From: Octopus sinensis
Taxonomy: Eukaryota
Length of the DNA stretch: 64,000 bases
Direction: 5' to 3'
NCBI RefSeq assembly: GCF_006345805.1
Contig: NC_042997.1
Span: forward strand, 158,844,001 to 158,908,000
A program made the position numbers and the translations under genes. Of the stretch, positions 51,726 through 64,000 are shown piece by piece. The notes below the pieces were generated by a model, which ran no database searches, had not been told where the DNA came from, and saw nothing but the letters and a program-made list of their open reading frames with translations. Within the stretch, counting starts at the first letter, position 1. The number at the start of each line of letters is the position of its first letter.

Positions 51726-53202
51726 GTTGTCCAATCACTGAGATATTAAAAAGAATTGCAAGGCAGCACAAGTAGCTATATTCCTTATGGTGGTTGTTGT
51801 TCCAGCATGCATTATCCTATCATGTTGAACGATCAGAAAATATTTGTTTTCGTAAAGAAAATCAATATCAGATGGATCTTCGGCGAATTTATGTCTATGT
51901 AGTCGGTAAGCGAATTAAGAGCCTAGTTAATATGGAAAAACTGCACAGTGCTAGAATGAAAATGTTTAGTTTTAGACGGGTACGTGAAACTGAAGTGTAA
52001 ACAAAGTGTGTAATAATAAAATGTCGCTCATTTCCTGTACTTACTTTAATCATTGTTCCATTATCTCATCACCTGACCTGTACAAATGCTGATACAGCAG
52101 ACTACAGGATATACAGTGCTATCCCAGAACAACGGCTACATTTCTGTGTAAGGCGCAGCGAAATATGATCTTTTATTATGTTATCCACTCAGTTTAATAT
52201 TTATGATGACTGTAATATATTTATTGAGTTTAAAGTATCCTATTATTACACGGAGAATATAAACTCCCGCAACACTTGTTTCAAAGATAATAGTGAAAAT
52301 CAACACCGAAACTGTCTTAACAGGTTTTGTACGATTCATCCGATATCCAGCTCAACTGGTCGTGTTTTAACAGGGGTCCTTTGTATATATGCATAAATAC
52401 TTACACACGTATGGATTTTTTGTGTTACTTGACTGGCCAAATGATATGATATTGCATGTTGCACAAAATATTGTCTTTCACACCTTAACTTATATGCAAA
52501 CATACTGTGCATCATTCTCTTCTAATAAATATTGAAAACTGGTTTTGTTAAAATCATGGCCCAAGCTTTCCAAACCTCGATTACATATTATCTTGTATTT
52601 TATTTCCATACTTCATCGTTTTTCAAGTCAAAGGCATGCCTATGTTATTCAATCATCTTAACTTGGTTGAATTTACTCCAGTAAAATTTGTGCTCATCAT
52701 TTGACAGCTAATATATAATGAATATAGCATGGTCAAGCAAGTATAGGTTTCAATGCAATTTTCTCCAGTAAAGATTTTTACATCAGCATGTAATTGCATG
52801 TAAATATATGGGTTCGGCTTATGAGATGGCAAAGATAAGCTTACAACCTTTATTAGAAAATATTACATACATTTACGAAGTAACTAATTAAGAAGCAAAT
52901 ACTTGTTTAAGCAACGCGTTCAAACTGATCGCCTTCCAAATAGGATTTGTTAACAGCAGAAAGTGATAATTATGCCTCACTGATATTAAGGGAACAGGGG
53001 TGATAGATGAGATAGATTGGCATTCACGTTTTAGCATGCCAACGTTGATTGGTTTTAAATTTTAAATTGACAGAATTGCGTCCGAATTGGTATTTAACGT
53101 ATAGAATTGTGGATAAAGTGACTCAAGGTTCGTATTTTGCCATCATGTCACCAATGCGACTCTCTATACATACTAAAAACACATGCATATTATCTTTTAT
53201 TT

Positions 53203-53470
53203 TATATTTGCTTCAGTCATTCAAATGCGACCATGCTGGAGCACCGCCTTGAAGAGATATCTATCGCGCGAATTGACATTACTTTTTTAAAGTCTAATAC
53301 TTATTTTATCATATCATCTCTTTTCTTGAACCGTTAAGTTATGAGGGACGTCAACAAACCAACATTGATTGTCAATGGGTGGTGGAGCCAAACACAGAAA
53401 CAAAGACACACACATACGCACACCCTCACACACACGCACACCCTCTCACACACACATATATATAAATATG
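53203..53470 (-). mobile_element. SINE family A 3' half, degenerate
   Basis: CCATGCTGGAGCACCGCCTT tail motif and internal (CA)n tract. Confidence 0.7.
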
Positions 53471-53722
53471 TGTGTTTATATATATATATGTGTGGTGTGT
53501 GTGTGTTTAAAATATATAGGGTAGCGAATATTTTTAGAAATTTCACTACCAGTGGCCTAACATGTATAAAAAGTCAATAGACAACATATTCCTAATATAA
53601 AATATTGTAAATTTAAATACAAGAGAAACTACCCTTTAACAGGGAATTTTACACGCTAGATGAAGCAGTCAAAACGACTAAAACCACATTTACGAGCTAT
53701 TTCGAAGGGAATGAAAAATAAA

Positions 53723-54140
53723 AACTTTTACCTTGTTATTTGTTACGGTTATACCTAGATTTCAATTTTTTTTAGCAAATAAAATAACTTACCAGGCTAA
53801 ATTCTCATCAGTAACTGCTCCATAACATTAACATATCATTTAGAGACTGGTAGTGAAATTTCTAGAAATATTCCCTAACCTATATATTTTACGTATATGA
53901 TTCTAGCATTTCGAAAATTCAGTTCGGCATTTTTCATTTACTGCCGACGGAAACTGCACTTGCGCGGTGAATTCGAAAAATTATAACATATTATGATGAG
54001 AAACGTGTTCTTTTGTCTCGAAATTATATGTTAATGTTATGGCACGGTTACTGATGAGAATTTCGTCTGGCAAATTATTTTATTTGCTAAAACAATTTGA
54101 AACTTAGGTATAACCGTAAAAAATAACACGGTAAAAGTTA
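53723..54140. mobile_element. Fold-back/MITE-like element with 126-bp inverted arms
   Basis: 53723-53848 and 54015-54140 are colinear inverted repeats, roughly 85% identical by eye. Confidence 0.7.
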
Positions 54141-54299
54141 AAATACGTGTTATCATAATAACAACACACTATTAAAATAGCGCATTAAAATACTTTATCA
54201 TCTCTAGTCAAATAGCAAATAATATTATAAATTGCATTGCTTTAAATATTTTCTAACAATCATTACTAAAAGTCAAAGATTGATAATTAGAAATTATGG

Positions 54300-54337
<38 letters not shown>

Positions 54338-54598
54338 GTGTCGTTCAAACGATGAATAGCCTTCGCGTAAATCATTGGTTCGTTTTGTTCTCTTACTTTA
54401 TTATCAGCTTATAATCATCTCATAATAATGACCTTTATGACTCGTATTACTACCTCAGTCAATCTAAATGTATATATTTGTCGCTACCTGTCATAAATAG
54501 CCTTCTATCTATTTGCAATATGCATTTTCGTTGATTTTTCATATTTCACACCTTACATTTCCACGTGTATTTTATATTTTCTTTTCGTAACATATTTC

Positions 54599-54654
<56 letters not shown>

Positions 54655-54722
54655 TATATATATGTTGTATGTATGTATGTATGTATGTATGTATGTATGT
54701 ATGTATGTATGTATATATATAT

Positions 54723-54776
<54 letters not shown>

Positions 54777-54783
54777 GTTATAT

Positions 54784-54837
<54 letters not shown>

Positions 54838-54844
54838 CATACAT

Positions 54845-54965
54845 ACGACGGTTTTTTTTTAGTTTCTAAATACCAAGTCTACTCATAAGGCTTTGGCTGG
54901 CCCGATTATAATAGAAGACACTTGTCCACGCAAGCATCTTACCACATAGTCATGCCTGCACCTAA
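54845..54965 (-). mobile_element. SINE family A 5' half
   Basis: Head and body up to the internal microsatellite position, which here runs into a long TA/TATG array. Confidence 0.65.
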
Positions 54966-56058
54966 GTTACCCCAAAAAAGGGCAAGAGTAAAAAGGGAAT
55001 ATAAATTTATAAAAGTTAATTCACAAACAAAAAAAAAAACATGTAGGAAATTAATCAGGGAATTAGTAGTCAAGTTAGAACATTAGACATACTTTGTGTT
55101 ATTAGATATTCTTCTGATAAACGACCTGCCTGAAATTATCAGATTTCTCAATGCGTCTACAGTAAAATAATTTTTCTTGTCAACTTTCTACTGAATACTT
55201 GTAGAGGCTGACTGAAAGTAATTTTCTCGAATTCTACCGTCTTATTTAATGATGTTACTAAAGTAAATCAGGTGATCCCTTGCCTGACCCCATTATTTTC
55301 TACATTGTTATCTTTCTTCAAATTTCTTCAGGAATCTTTGATTGTGTATATGTATATATATGTGTGTACACATGCATGCGTACATACACGCACATATACA
55401 TGCGTATGTGTGTATGTGTATGTATGTATGTATGTATTCAACCAGTTTGACGTCACTCCTTATAAAGGAATATTAAAGAGACACTCATTATCGCTATGCG
55501 CTCCATGAGAGCAGTCATCTAAAAGCTTTTGTGAATCTTGATGTTGACATAAATTCCTTGTTTTTCCTGATGAGAAAGCGGCATAATGTACTCCTTATTC
55601 CTTCACAATTAGGAATATGCAGCCTTCGAAACATATGTCGAAAATAAAGGAAATTTGTTAATTTGTCGTTCAACTCCATTCTTTCATTTATTCATAAATT
55701 TTATAAAAATACACACAAATTTCCACACGAAAACGCGTAGTCTCTGCCCTAGGCACGTAACTTCAACCGTGTTATTTCTGATGTGAATTTGCTACCCAGG
55801 TATCGGTTAAACGAATTATCCATAAAAAGATATTTCATTTTTCTACTCAAATATGTATATATATATATATATATATAATAATAATAAATATTAGGGAATA
55901 TATCCAAATTTACAGGGAAAAAAAATCAGATTTAGGATTAAATCCAATTTTATAGTAAAATATATAAAATATTATTTGAGACAAAACCACTATTTTGCAA
56001 AACAAACAAGGAAAGACTTAATCAATACATAAAATTTAATAAATAGTCAAAAAAACCG

Positions 56059-56101
56059 CCACTACAATCGTTTCTTGTCTTGATCGACAATCTTCAGGTG
56101 G
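56059..56101 (-). ncRNA. Type I hammerhead motif, intact (mirror copy)
   Basis: Exact reverse complement of 56160-56202. Confidence 0.8.
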
Positions 56102-56159
56102 ACTTCCAATAATTCAGTTACAATTATGAAGTCATAATTGTAACTGAATTATTGGAAGT

Positions 56160-56202
56160 CCACCTGAAGATTGTCGATCAAGACAAGAAACGATTGTAGT
56201 GG
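56160..56202 (+). ncRNA. Type I hammerhead motif, intact
   Basis: CCAC CTGAAGA TTGTC-GATCAA-GACAA GAAA CGATTG T A GTGG; predicted GUA cleavage after 56198. Confidence 0.8.
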
Positions 56203-56288
56203 CGGTTTTTTTGACTATTTATTAAATTTTATGTATTGATTAAGTCTTTCCTTGTTTGTTTTGCAAAATAGTGGTTTTGTCTCAAATA

Positions 56289-56357
<69 letters not shown>

Positions 56358-56404
56358 ATATCTATCTATGTATATATATATACATATACATAATATATAT
56401 TATA

Positions 56405-56517
<113 letters not shown>

Positions 56518-57069
56518 ATACATATATACAAACCTCCATGTGATCGGCTTGAAAAGTTCTTAAGATATTTCCCTATTTTTCTTAACATGTAACCAGTAGT
56601 AACCTAATCCACAAATATAGAAATTCTATTCAGCAATGAGCTTTTGAGAACACATCTTCATCGTTCAATATTTACGTATATATACATGTGTGAGTGTGTG
56701 TGTGTATGCGTGTCTTTTTGCACATGTATGTACGTACTTGTGGTTGAATGGCCGATCTACATTTATGCATGCATCCAAGCACGAAATTATGTGGATCTAA
56801 CAAGACACAGAGTTCCCTTTGTTGTTTGAAGTAGAAGGTCTTTTATACGTGGCGATACGTTGGTCGATAGTCCAACGGTTTCCTTTTCAAATACTCTCAT
56901 GGAAATGTAACAATAAATCAAGTACAGTGCAAGAAATATTCATTTCTGTTTAGATTCGATAGAACACTTTCACACCTTGTTCATATATATGCGTGTGTAC
57001 ATGCTTGTTTTTGTGTGTACGTATGTGTGTGTGTATGTGTGTGTATGTTACATCACATATTGCCAATCA

Positions 57070-57300
57070 CTACGGTCCTGTATCACCTTTGTCATCTCTT
57101 CGCTAAGATGGAAATGCTACAGGTCACCGTTAACGTCTCTGTCCCTAGTTTTTCTTGATCTTCTTCCCTCTTCACTTAGAGCACTCGGCAATTTTATGGG
57201 CAGTAGCCATAGTCCATGTCCGTAGCAACATGTCCGTAGCAACGCAAACTCCTCGCATGCAAACTAAACCTGACTCCATTTATGTCTCGTTTTCTTAGTT
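57070..57300 (-). mobile_element. Possible RTE-like LINE 3' remnant
   Basis: Minus strand EGRRSRKTRDRDVNGDL..LSEEMTK...DR resembles the RTE C-terminal GRxRGRPxxxW..DL..DR segment. Confidence 0.35.
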
Positions 57301-57369
57301 AATTTCAAATTGGTATTTATGTACTCTAATATTCCATATCCATCGGAGCATGCTAGCTTCATTTGCTTC

Positions 57370-57800
57370 TACTCTTGGCTAGTTTAGTACTTCGAAGGTT
57401 CGTGTCTGGCTCCCGGGCACATTGCATTTTTAACACAAGCATCATTCTATGTGTCTTTCATTTGGAAGGAAAAGCAATTTGTTGCCAGACGTAGCAATAA
57501 TACTTTTATTTCTATCCCGTTCTTACCTGGTTACTATATGTGTGCGTGTTTGTGTGTATGTGTGTGAGAGAGAGAGTCAGTGTATATGCGTGTGTGAATT
57601 AGTATGTGTGTATAGTACCTGTATTTCAAAGGGCCAGCCTTGTCACATTCTGTGTGTCACGCTGAATCTCCTCGAGAACTACGTTAAGGGTACACGTGTC
57701 TGTGGAGTGCTCAGCCACTTGCACGTTAATATCACGAGCAAGCTGTTCCGTTGATCGTATCAGCTGGGACCCTCATCGGCGCAACCGACGGAGTGCTCCT
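57370..57800 (+). mobile_element. SINE with degenerate family A-like architecture (internal TG tract) and the tail shared with 23181-23320
   Basis: Tail GAGAACTACGTTAAGGGTACACGTGTCTGTGGAGTGCTCAGCCAC...CGACGGAGTG. Confidence 0.65.
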
Positions 57801-58477
57801 ATAGTACCTGAATATATAAGCAAATTTTTTTAATGAATTTGAATTCACAATCTCTAATAATGCAGTTCGGTATCTTTGTTCGTATCTCAGTAAAAAAAAG
57901 TACAATATGCAGAAGTATTTTAACTGGCAGTTGTGTATATCATTGTTTTCGTTTCTGTTGTCGTTGTTGTATATACAAACGCTAACTACGATCGAAAATG
58001 CTGGAAGTCCTGCCAGCCCTTACTATCATGTTTTCTGGTATACCAAATATAATATTTTTGATTGTCTGCTTGTTTCAGCGGGTAGTATATGATTCGCTGC
58101 TACTTTTAGTAGAACAAATGAAACAGAGTCCCCTATGATTTTTTACTGACGTGAATTTCGTTTTGATACATTACTCTTGTTAAATTGTTTCCAATACCTT
58201 CATTTTCAAATAGATTCATGGAAAATATAGTAAAATATTTTTATCTGCCAAATGAATTTAAGTTTACCGCGAATTAAAATCAAGCGCTATGCCTAAAAGA
58301 GTCATTTTTATGTAATTAGTTGTGGCTGTAGAGCACGTATTTTATGTACATGGGTCCAGTTTAGATAGCTCGGCGTAGCATGTTAGGCACGTGACTTCCT
58401 CATAACATCAGTTGGGTATTTGTAATTTAAATTCCACATAAATATAAAAGTGTATGTGCATATATATATATAGAGAG

Positions 58478-58555
<78 letters not shown>

Positions 58556-58572
58556 GTAGGTAGGTAGATAGG

Positions 58573-58666
<94 letters not shown>

Positions 58667-58668
58667 TA
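58478..58668. repeat. (GATA)n/(GGTA)n microsatellite
   Basis: Direct read. Confidence 0.97.
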
Positions 58669-59174
58669 GATATATCATGAAGACACGATTATATTCAAGC
58701 TTAATTATTCCCATTAAGAAGTTTCACAAGCTTAAACCGATAAGTCAGATGACGTACCACACGAACAACTCGATCCTGTAACAAAGCCTATTTGAGAGAT
58801 GATAAAAAAAAAGCTATGTAGTGATACTTCTAGGTTGTGGATTCTCACAAGGCGTTAGTTTGAGTGATAGAGGAGAGGAGTGAAATTAAACAGAAAGAAA
58901 TAAATCAAAATATGTTTGTAATTTTAGGGTAAATAGAAAAAAGTGCGCAGATAAGGGCTGTAAGTGTAGGTTCGTGTCACGAATTGAAACAGACCTATGC
59001 ACTTGAGGTATATTTTATGAAAATGTATATGAGATAAAAGTCTGTGAGATACAATAGCTATAATCAGTTTGAGGGAACACGGGTGAATAATAATAAGTGA
59101 ATGTATAGAAGCAGGGATTACAGTTATGTAAAGTAGAATACCGTAAATGATAAAAACTATACTTCAGTAGTAGT

Positions 59175-59335
59175 GGGAGAACTTCAGAAAATAGTGTTGC
59201 TATATTCCGCACACATATTACACCGGGTACTCTCCATGAGATGAGGATCTGCTGTGACACTAGGGTCAAGGGATGACCCCGGTTCAGCAGAATTTAACGG
59301 ACCATATTATAATTAAAAAAACAAATAATAATAAT
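59175..59335 (+). mobile_element. 3' end of an RLE-type non-LTR retrotransposon with (TAA)n-like tail
   Basis: ELQKIVLLYSAHILHRVLSMR* matches the ELQKxxLLGTAHILRKVLS terminus; short 3' UTR and AATAATAATAAT follow. Confidence 0.6.
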
Positions 59336-59339
59336 ACGT

Positions 59340-59507
59340 TTTTCCACAAGTGCAGCTTGTGAGAGAGGTTTAAGTTGGTTATATCGACTTAAACCTCAGC
59401 TGGTACTCATTTAAACGACCCCGAAAGGATGAAAGGCAAAGTCGACCTCGGCGGAATTTGAACTCAGACCGTAGCGACGGGTGAAATACCTATTTCTATA
59501 CTACCCA
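59340..59507 (-). mobile_element. SINE family M, 5'-truncated
   Basis: Plus strand CGACCCCGAAAGGATGAAAGGCAAAGTCGACCTCGGCGGAATTTGAACTCAG. Confidence 0.85.
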
Positions 59508-59510
59508 CCT

Positions 59511-59554
59511 TAATAATGATGATGATGATGATGATAATAATAAAAATAATAATA

Positions 59555-59591
<37 letters not shown>

Positions 59592-59640
59592 CGATGATGA
59601 TGATGATGACGATGATGATGATGATGATGATGATAATAAC
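59511..59640. repeat. Compound (GAT)n/(AAT)n trinucleotide repeat
   Basis: Direct read; gives the poly-M and poly-I ORFs. Confidence 0.97.
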
Positions 59641-60106
59641 AACAAAAAACAAACAAATTGACGTGTCATTGAATCAAACCTTTCCGATTAAATATCGACA
59701 TTGTTAAGCTGTATAGAATATAGTTTATTGATGCAAGCTAAATGGGCTTTAAATCACTGAAGCTCAACGCTATGACCTACTTTATGAACAACTTGTATTG
59801 ACTTCAATATTGATCTACTGTAAAAGATCATATAGACTGAAAGATCTAATCGACAATTTTCCTTTTCTATCTGAATGTGATTTCTAAACAGTGTTTTTAA
59901 CTTGATAGTTTTTGTGTGACAGTACATATATATCAAAACAAAACAATGAGAAATCAACTACGTCGCTTTAACGCAAAACTTTTGTTTCCTTAACTAAACG
60001 TCTTGTTTTTTTTTTCCTCTCCCAACACCCATAATTCTGTCTGCCAATTACTATGTATTTATCTATACAAACACCCACATACATATTTACGCATGTATGT
60101 ATGTGG

Positions 60107-60150
<44 letters not shown>

Positions 60151-60212
60151 ATACATGCATATGTGTATATATGTATAACTGCATATGCATAAATGTGTAT
60201 AAATGTATATGT

Positions 60213-60243
<31 letters not shown>

Positions 60244-60293
60244 ATATATATATATATATATACATACAGATATATATACATATATATATATAC

Positions 60294-60371
<78 letters not shown>

Positions 60372-60965
60372 CATACACGCTAACATACACATACATTCAT
60401 GTCGATGGAAGGAGTTTAGCGATGGTCTGAATCGGGGAAAAAGCTACATGCTTGTTTTTTTAACGTGGTTACTGACCGGAAAAATATAGAATTCTAACGT
60501 TTCGGACAGTATTATCTAGAGAATACACTCAATCATACATCACACATCACACATCATATGCGCACGCCGACACACACATCACACACACACACACATACAC
60601 ACACAAGCACAGACAGGCACACACACACATATGTATATATACAGAGAGAGAGAAAAACAGACAGATAGAGAGTGTGTGTAAGACAGAGAGAGAGAAAGAG
60701 GGAGGAGGGGAGAAGGTGAGAGAGTTGTGTGTATAAAGGATAGTGCAAGCATGCGGGGAATAGAATCTTCTGAATATTGAATATGCAGGTTGATGTAGTT
60801 AAATAAGCAAGAACTAACAATTTACTAAGTTTTAGTGTCCCATAAATCATGTGTCTATGTGTGGGTATATATTATACATATAGTCATGTATAATATTATA
60901 TACATATCTACATATACATGCGTCTGTGTGTATATTCGTGTGTACATATGTATAAGTGCGTATCT

Positions 60966-61198
60966 TATTTCTTTACTGCCCACAAGGGGCTACACACAGA
61001 GGGGACAAACAAGGACAGGCAAAGGGATTAAGTCGATTATATCGACCCAAGTGCGTAACTGGTACATATGTAATCGACCCCGAAAGGATGAAAGGCAATG
61101 TCGACCTTGGCTGAATTTAAACTCAGAACATAACAGCAGACGAATTACTGCTAAGCATTTCGCCCGCCGTGCTAACGTTTCTGCCAGTTCGCCGCCTT
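60966..61198 (-). mobile_element. SINE family M, full monomer
   Basis: Reverse complement is colinear with 50667-50897. Confidence 0.9.
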
Positions 61199-62180
61199 GT
61201 ATAAGTGTGTATCTGTACTTATGTAGGTATATCATTAACTCTCCTTATTCAGCGAGATTCTAAAATATTGAGCAAAGATAATTTCCCTAAATCCATATAC
61301 ATACTGTTATCTACAGCCACCTTAAGTATCTCTGTAACGGAATCCTTAAATGACAAGCTCCATTTTTTTTACAGAATTAAACGGTATTGAAATATCACGT
61401 TACTTTTACTTCTCTTTCATTTTAATTCTAGATTATATAAAGTTAATGTTAATGAAGTTGCATGAAAATTCTTTTATGAATCATCTTCTATAAAACTAGA
61501 TCGTTTATGCGTTGATATACTTACACATTAAACATCATAAAATTGCTTAAACACGCACGGTCCACAACTGTATAACATGCTTATCACATAAACCAGCGGC
61601 AATCAGCTTTGAAATATAATCTCACATAAATTCTAATCGGAATTTAATATGTATAAACTATATAATAATACATGTAGTAGAATTTACAAAATGCTCCTAT
61701 GCCTGTGACGAACGATAAGATTTCGAAAGTTTGAGTTGTAATGTAAATATGTAATATTCAGCTCTTAATAATTATTATATACCGCAACATTACACCTTTA
61801 CCAGCGTTTATATATACCTACATATATATACGCAACAAATTACTCCAAATCGTTGTTAGAGTATCCGCGTAAGTGGAGTGAAGTCTGGTTAGTTTGTACA
61901 GGAATCGAGTCGTATTGGTTATAATAATGAAGTCAGACCAAAGAGTAATATTTTGAAATCATTCAAAACGTGCTTTTCAGGTTTTCATAATATATAACAG
62001 GAAAGGCATCCATTATTATTACAACTAATATGACTCGATGTACAAACAAGTCGGTCTTGACGTCAATTATGCGGATATTACAACTATTTTAAGTAGTTTG
62101 TTATATTTAAATCGAGTCGAAAATGTTGGTTCCGTACACCACATCTTAGGGTAAAACGAAATACGAACATACATATATAT

Positions 62181-62385
62181 AGTTAATCCAAACATGAAAA
62201 CGCAAAGAGAAAATACAACAATGCGAGGATGTGGAACAAGTATAGTATTATTGGATGCTCATGAAAGAAGGAAAGAAGGAGGGTTTAACGTTTCGAGCGG
62301 AGCTCTTCGTCAGAAACATAGGAAAACAAAAGATCCGAAGAAGGGAAAACGGAGGGAAAAAATCGCCAACGGTGCACACGCGGTG

Positions 62386-62387
<2 letters not shown>
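62181..62387 (-). mobile_element. Hammerhead-bearing short element (family B, copy 3)
   Basis: Colinear with copies 1 and 2; short TA run on one side, (CA)n(TA)n on the other. Confidence 0.85.
62283..62317 (-). ncRNA. Minimal type I hammerhead motif, intact core
   Basis: GTTT CTGACGA A GAGC-TCC-GCTC GAAA CG T T AAAC; palindromic ACGT stem III; predicted GUU cleavage 3' of 62287. Confidence 0.75.
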
Positions 62388-62432
<45 letters not shown>

Positions 62433-62442
62433 CATATATATG

Positions 62443-62493
<51 letters not shown>

Positions 62494-62734
62494 ATACGTG
62501 TGAAGACATTTTGTTAAATGAGAATCGTGTACAATCTGCGAAAATTAACGCAATATCGTACGTAATTGAAATATTAATTCAACTTTAAAAAATACAATTT
62601 TTAATGCTATGCTTCTATTTCGATAAATTACTGTAGAAGAATATAACAAATACACAAAGTTTGTACGCACGTAGATATGTATGCATTCATATCTGGATAA
62701 ATATATAGACACATATACACATCTACACATACAT

Positions 62735-62755
62735 GTATGTATGAATGTATGTATG

Positions 62756-62789
<34 letters not shown>

Positions 62790-63036
62790 TGTATGTATGT
62801 ATGTATGTATGTATGTATGTATGTATGAATGCATGTATGTATGCATGCATGCATGTATGTATGTATGTATGCATGTATGTATGTGTGTGTGTATATATGT
62901 ATGTATGTATGTAGGTAGGTAGGTAGGTAGGCAGGCAGGTAGGTAGGTAGGTAGGTAGGTAGGTAGGTAGGTAGGTAGGTAGGTAGGTAGGTAGATAGGT
63001 AGGTAGGTAGGTAGGTAGGTAGGTTGGTAGGTAGGT
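62735..63036. repeat. Compound (TATG)n(GTAG)n microsatellite
   Basis: Direct read. Confidence 0.97.
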
Positions 63037-64000
63037 ATGGTTTTTTTCGAGTTTTAGTTAAGTACTTCAAAGAGTTCAGCCGGTTGCTAACAAAGCGACA
63101 AAGCTTTTTGAGTTAAGAGAGCTCCCGGTGTTTGTAAATATGTGGTTCAGCTGGCGTGTTGGTTAAACTGCTGATGCATGTGCCCAAGTGTAAGCATCTA
63201 TTCACATAAGAATTTCAGGTGGTGATATGTATGTATATATGCATGTATGTATGTATGTATGTATGTATGTATGTATGTATGTATGTATGTATATATGTAT
63301 GTATATAATGTATTCATTCATTCTCAGTACCATTCTAGTAGATCCGAGCATGTATGTGCTGATCACTGTTGTATTTAGTCAATGAAGAGCATCTCACCGT
63401 AATCGATCTGTGTACTGGCATAATGTAATGAGAGTGAATAGAGACGTTGTTGTTTGGATTCTCTCTGCTCTGCAGTGCATTTGATGAATTAAAAGAGAGA
63501 GGGATGGATAGGAGCGATAGATATAAATTTACAGATAGACCGAAACAATGATTTATGTACAAAGTAGCAACCGAATGCATGTTGATCTTCAAAAACCTGC
63601 GGAGATATATAATTTCCTTGATGCTGCTTTTATAAGTGTACATCTAGTTTTTGTATGTTTGTGTAGAATCAAAGGTAGTCCGATCTTATGCAATTGTATA
63701 ACTGACCATCAATCGTACTACACTAAAGTTCTATCTAATTTTTTCACAATATCATCATTACGAATCACTTCTAAAAGTTGTGAAAGTTATAATATCGATC
63801 TATTTGAGCTTCGTTGCTGCAGGGGGAAAATATGATAGCTAGGAAAGTGTAAGAGGGTAAGTACATATTGTTTTCTTATATACCCTTTTACAACATATCA
63901 ATCCAGAATACCACCTCACTCTCTAAAACATGCTTTCGTGTATTGCTTCAGATTTGTTCAAACTGATATTACACATCTTTGATGTTATAGGAAATCCATT

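Larger units (their letters stand above)
55960..56301. repeat. Perfect 342-bp palindrome (170-bp arms, 2-nt spacer)
   Basis: 55960-56129 is the exact reverse complement of 56132-56301; checked across both arms. Confidence 0.97.

Noticed and set aside
53800-54065. CTGATGA heptamers inside the fold-back arms
   Set aside because: Not followed by a stem II and GAAA; they are part of the inverted repeat, not hammerheads.

Overview
AT-rich, microsatellite-dense eukaryotic genomic DNA. Its repeat landscape (tRNA-derived SINEs with internal microsatellites, Penelope-like elements, long TA/CA/GATA arrays) looks like an octopus or other coleoid cephalopod genome; this is inferred from repeat appearance, not from a search. 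Only one host coding exon is well supported: a 435-nt phase-0/0 exon (44143-44577, +) encoding a synaptotagmin-type C2A domain with degenerate Ca2+ ligands. The rest is probably intronic/intergenic and holds remnants of Penelope-like elements (RT and GIY-YIG), RLE-type and RTE-like LINEs, maT/mariner/hAT DNA transposons, at least three SINE families, a tRNA-Phe pseudogene and a 1061-bp tandem duplication. The most striking unexplained signal is a set of short modules next to TA arrays that carry minimal type I hammerhead ribozyme motifs. Four motifs have an intact core, three carry a core substitution and a few are decayed. Two of the intact ones sit head-to-head in a perfect 342-bp palindrome (55960-56301). 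Nearly all ORFs in the supplied track are microsatellite artefacts. Repeat boundaries are by eye and approximate unless stated exactly.
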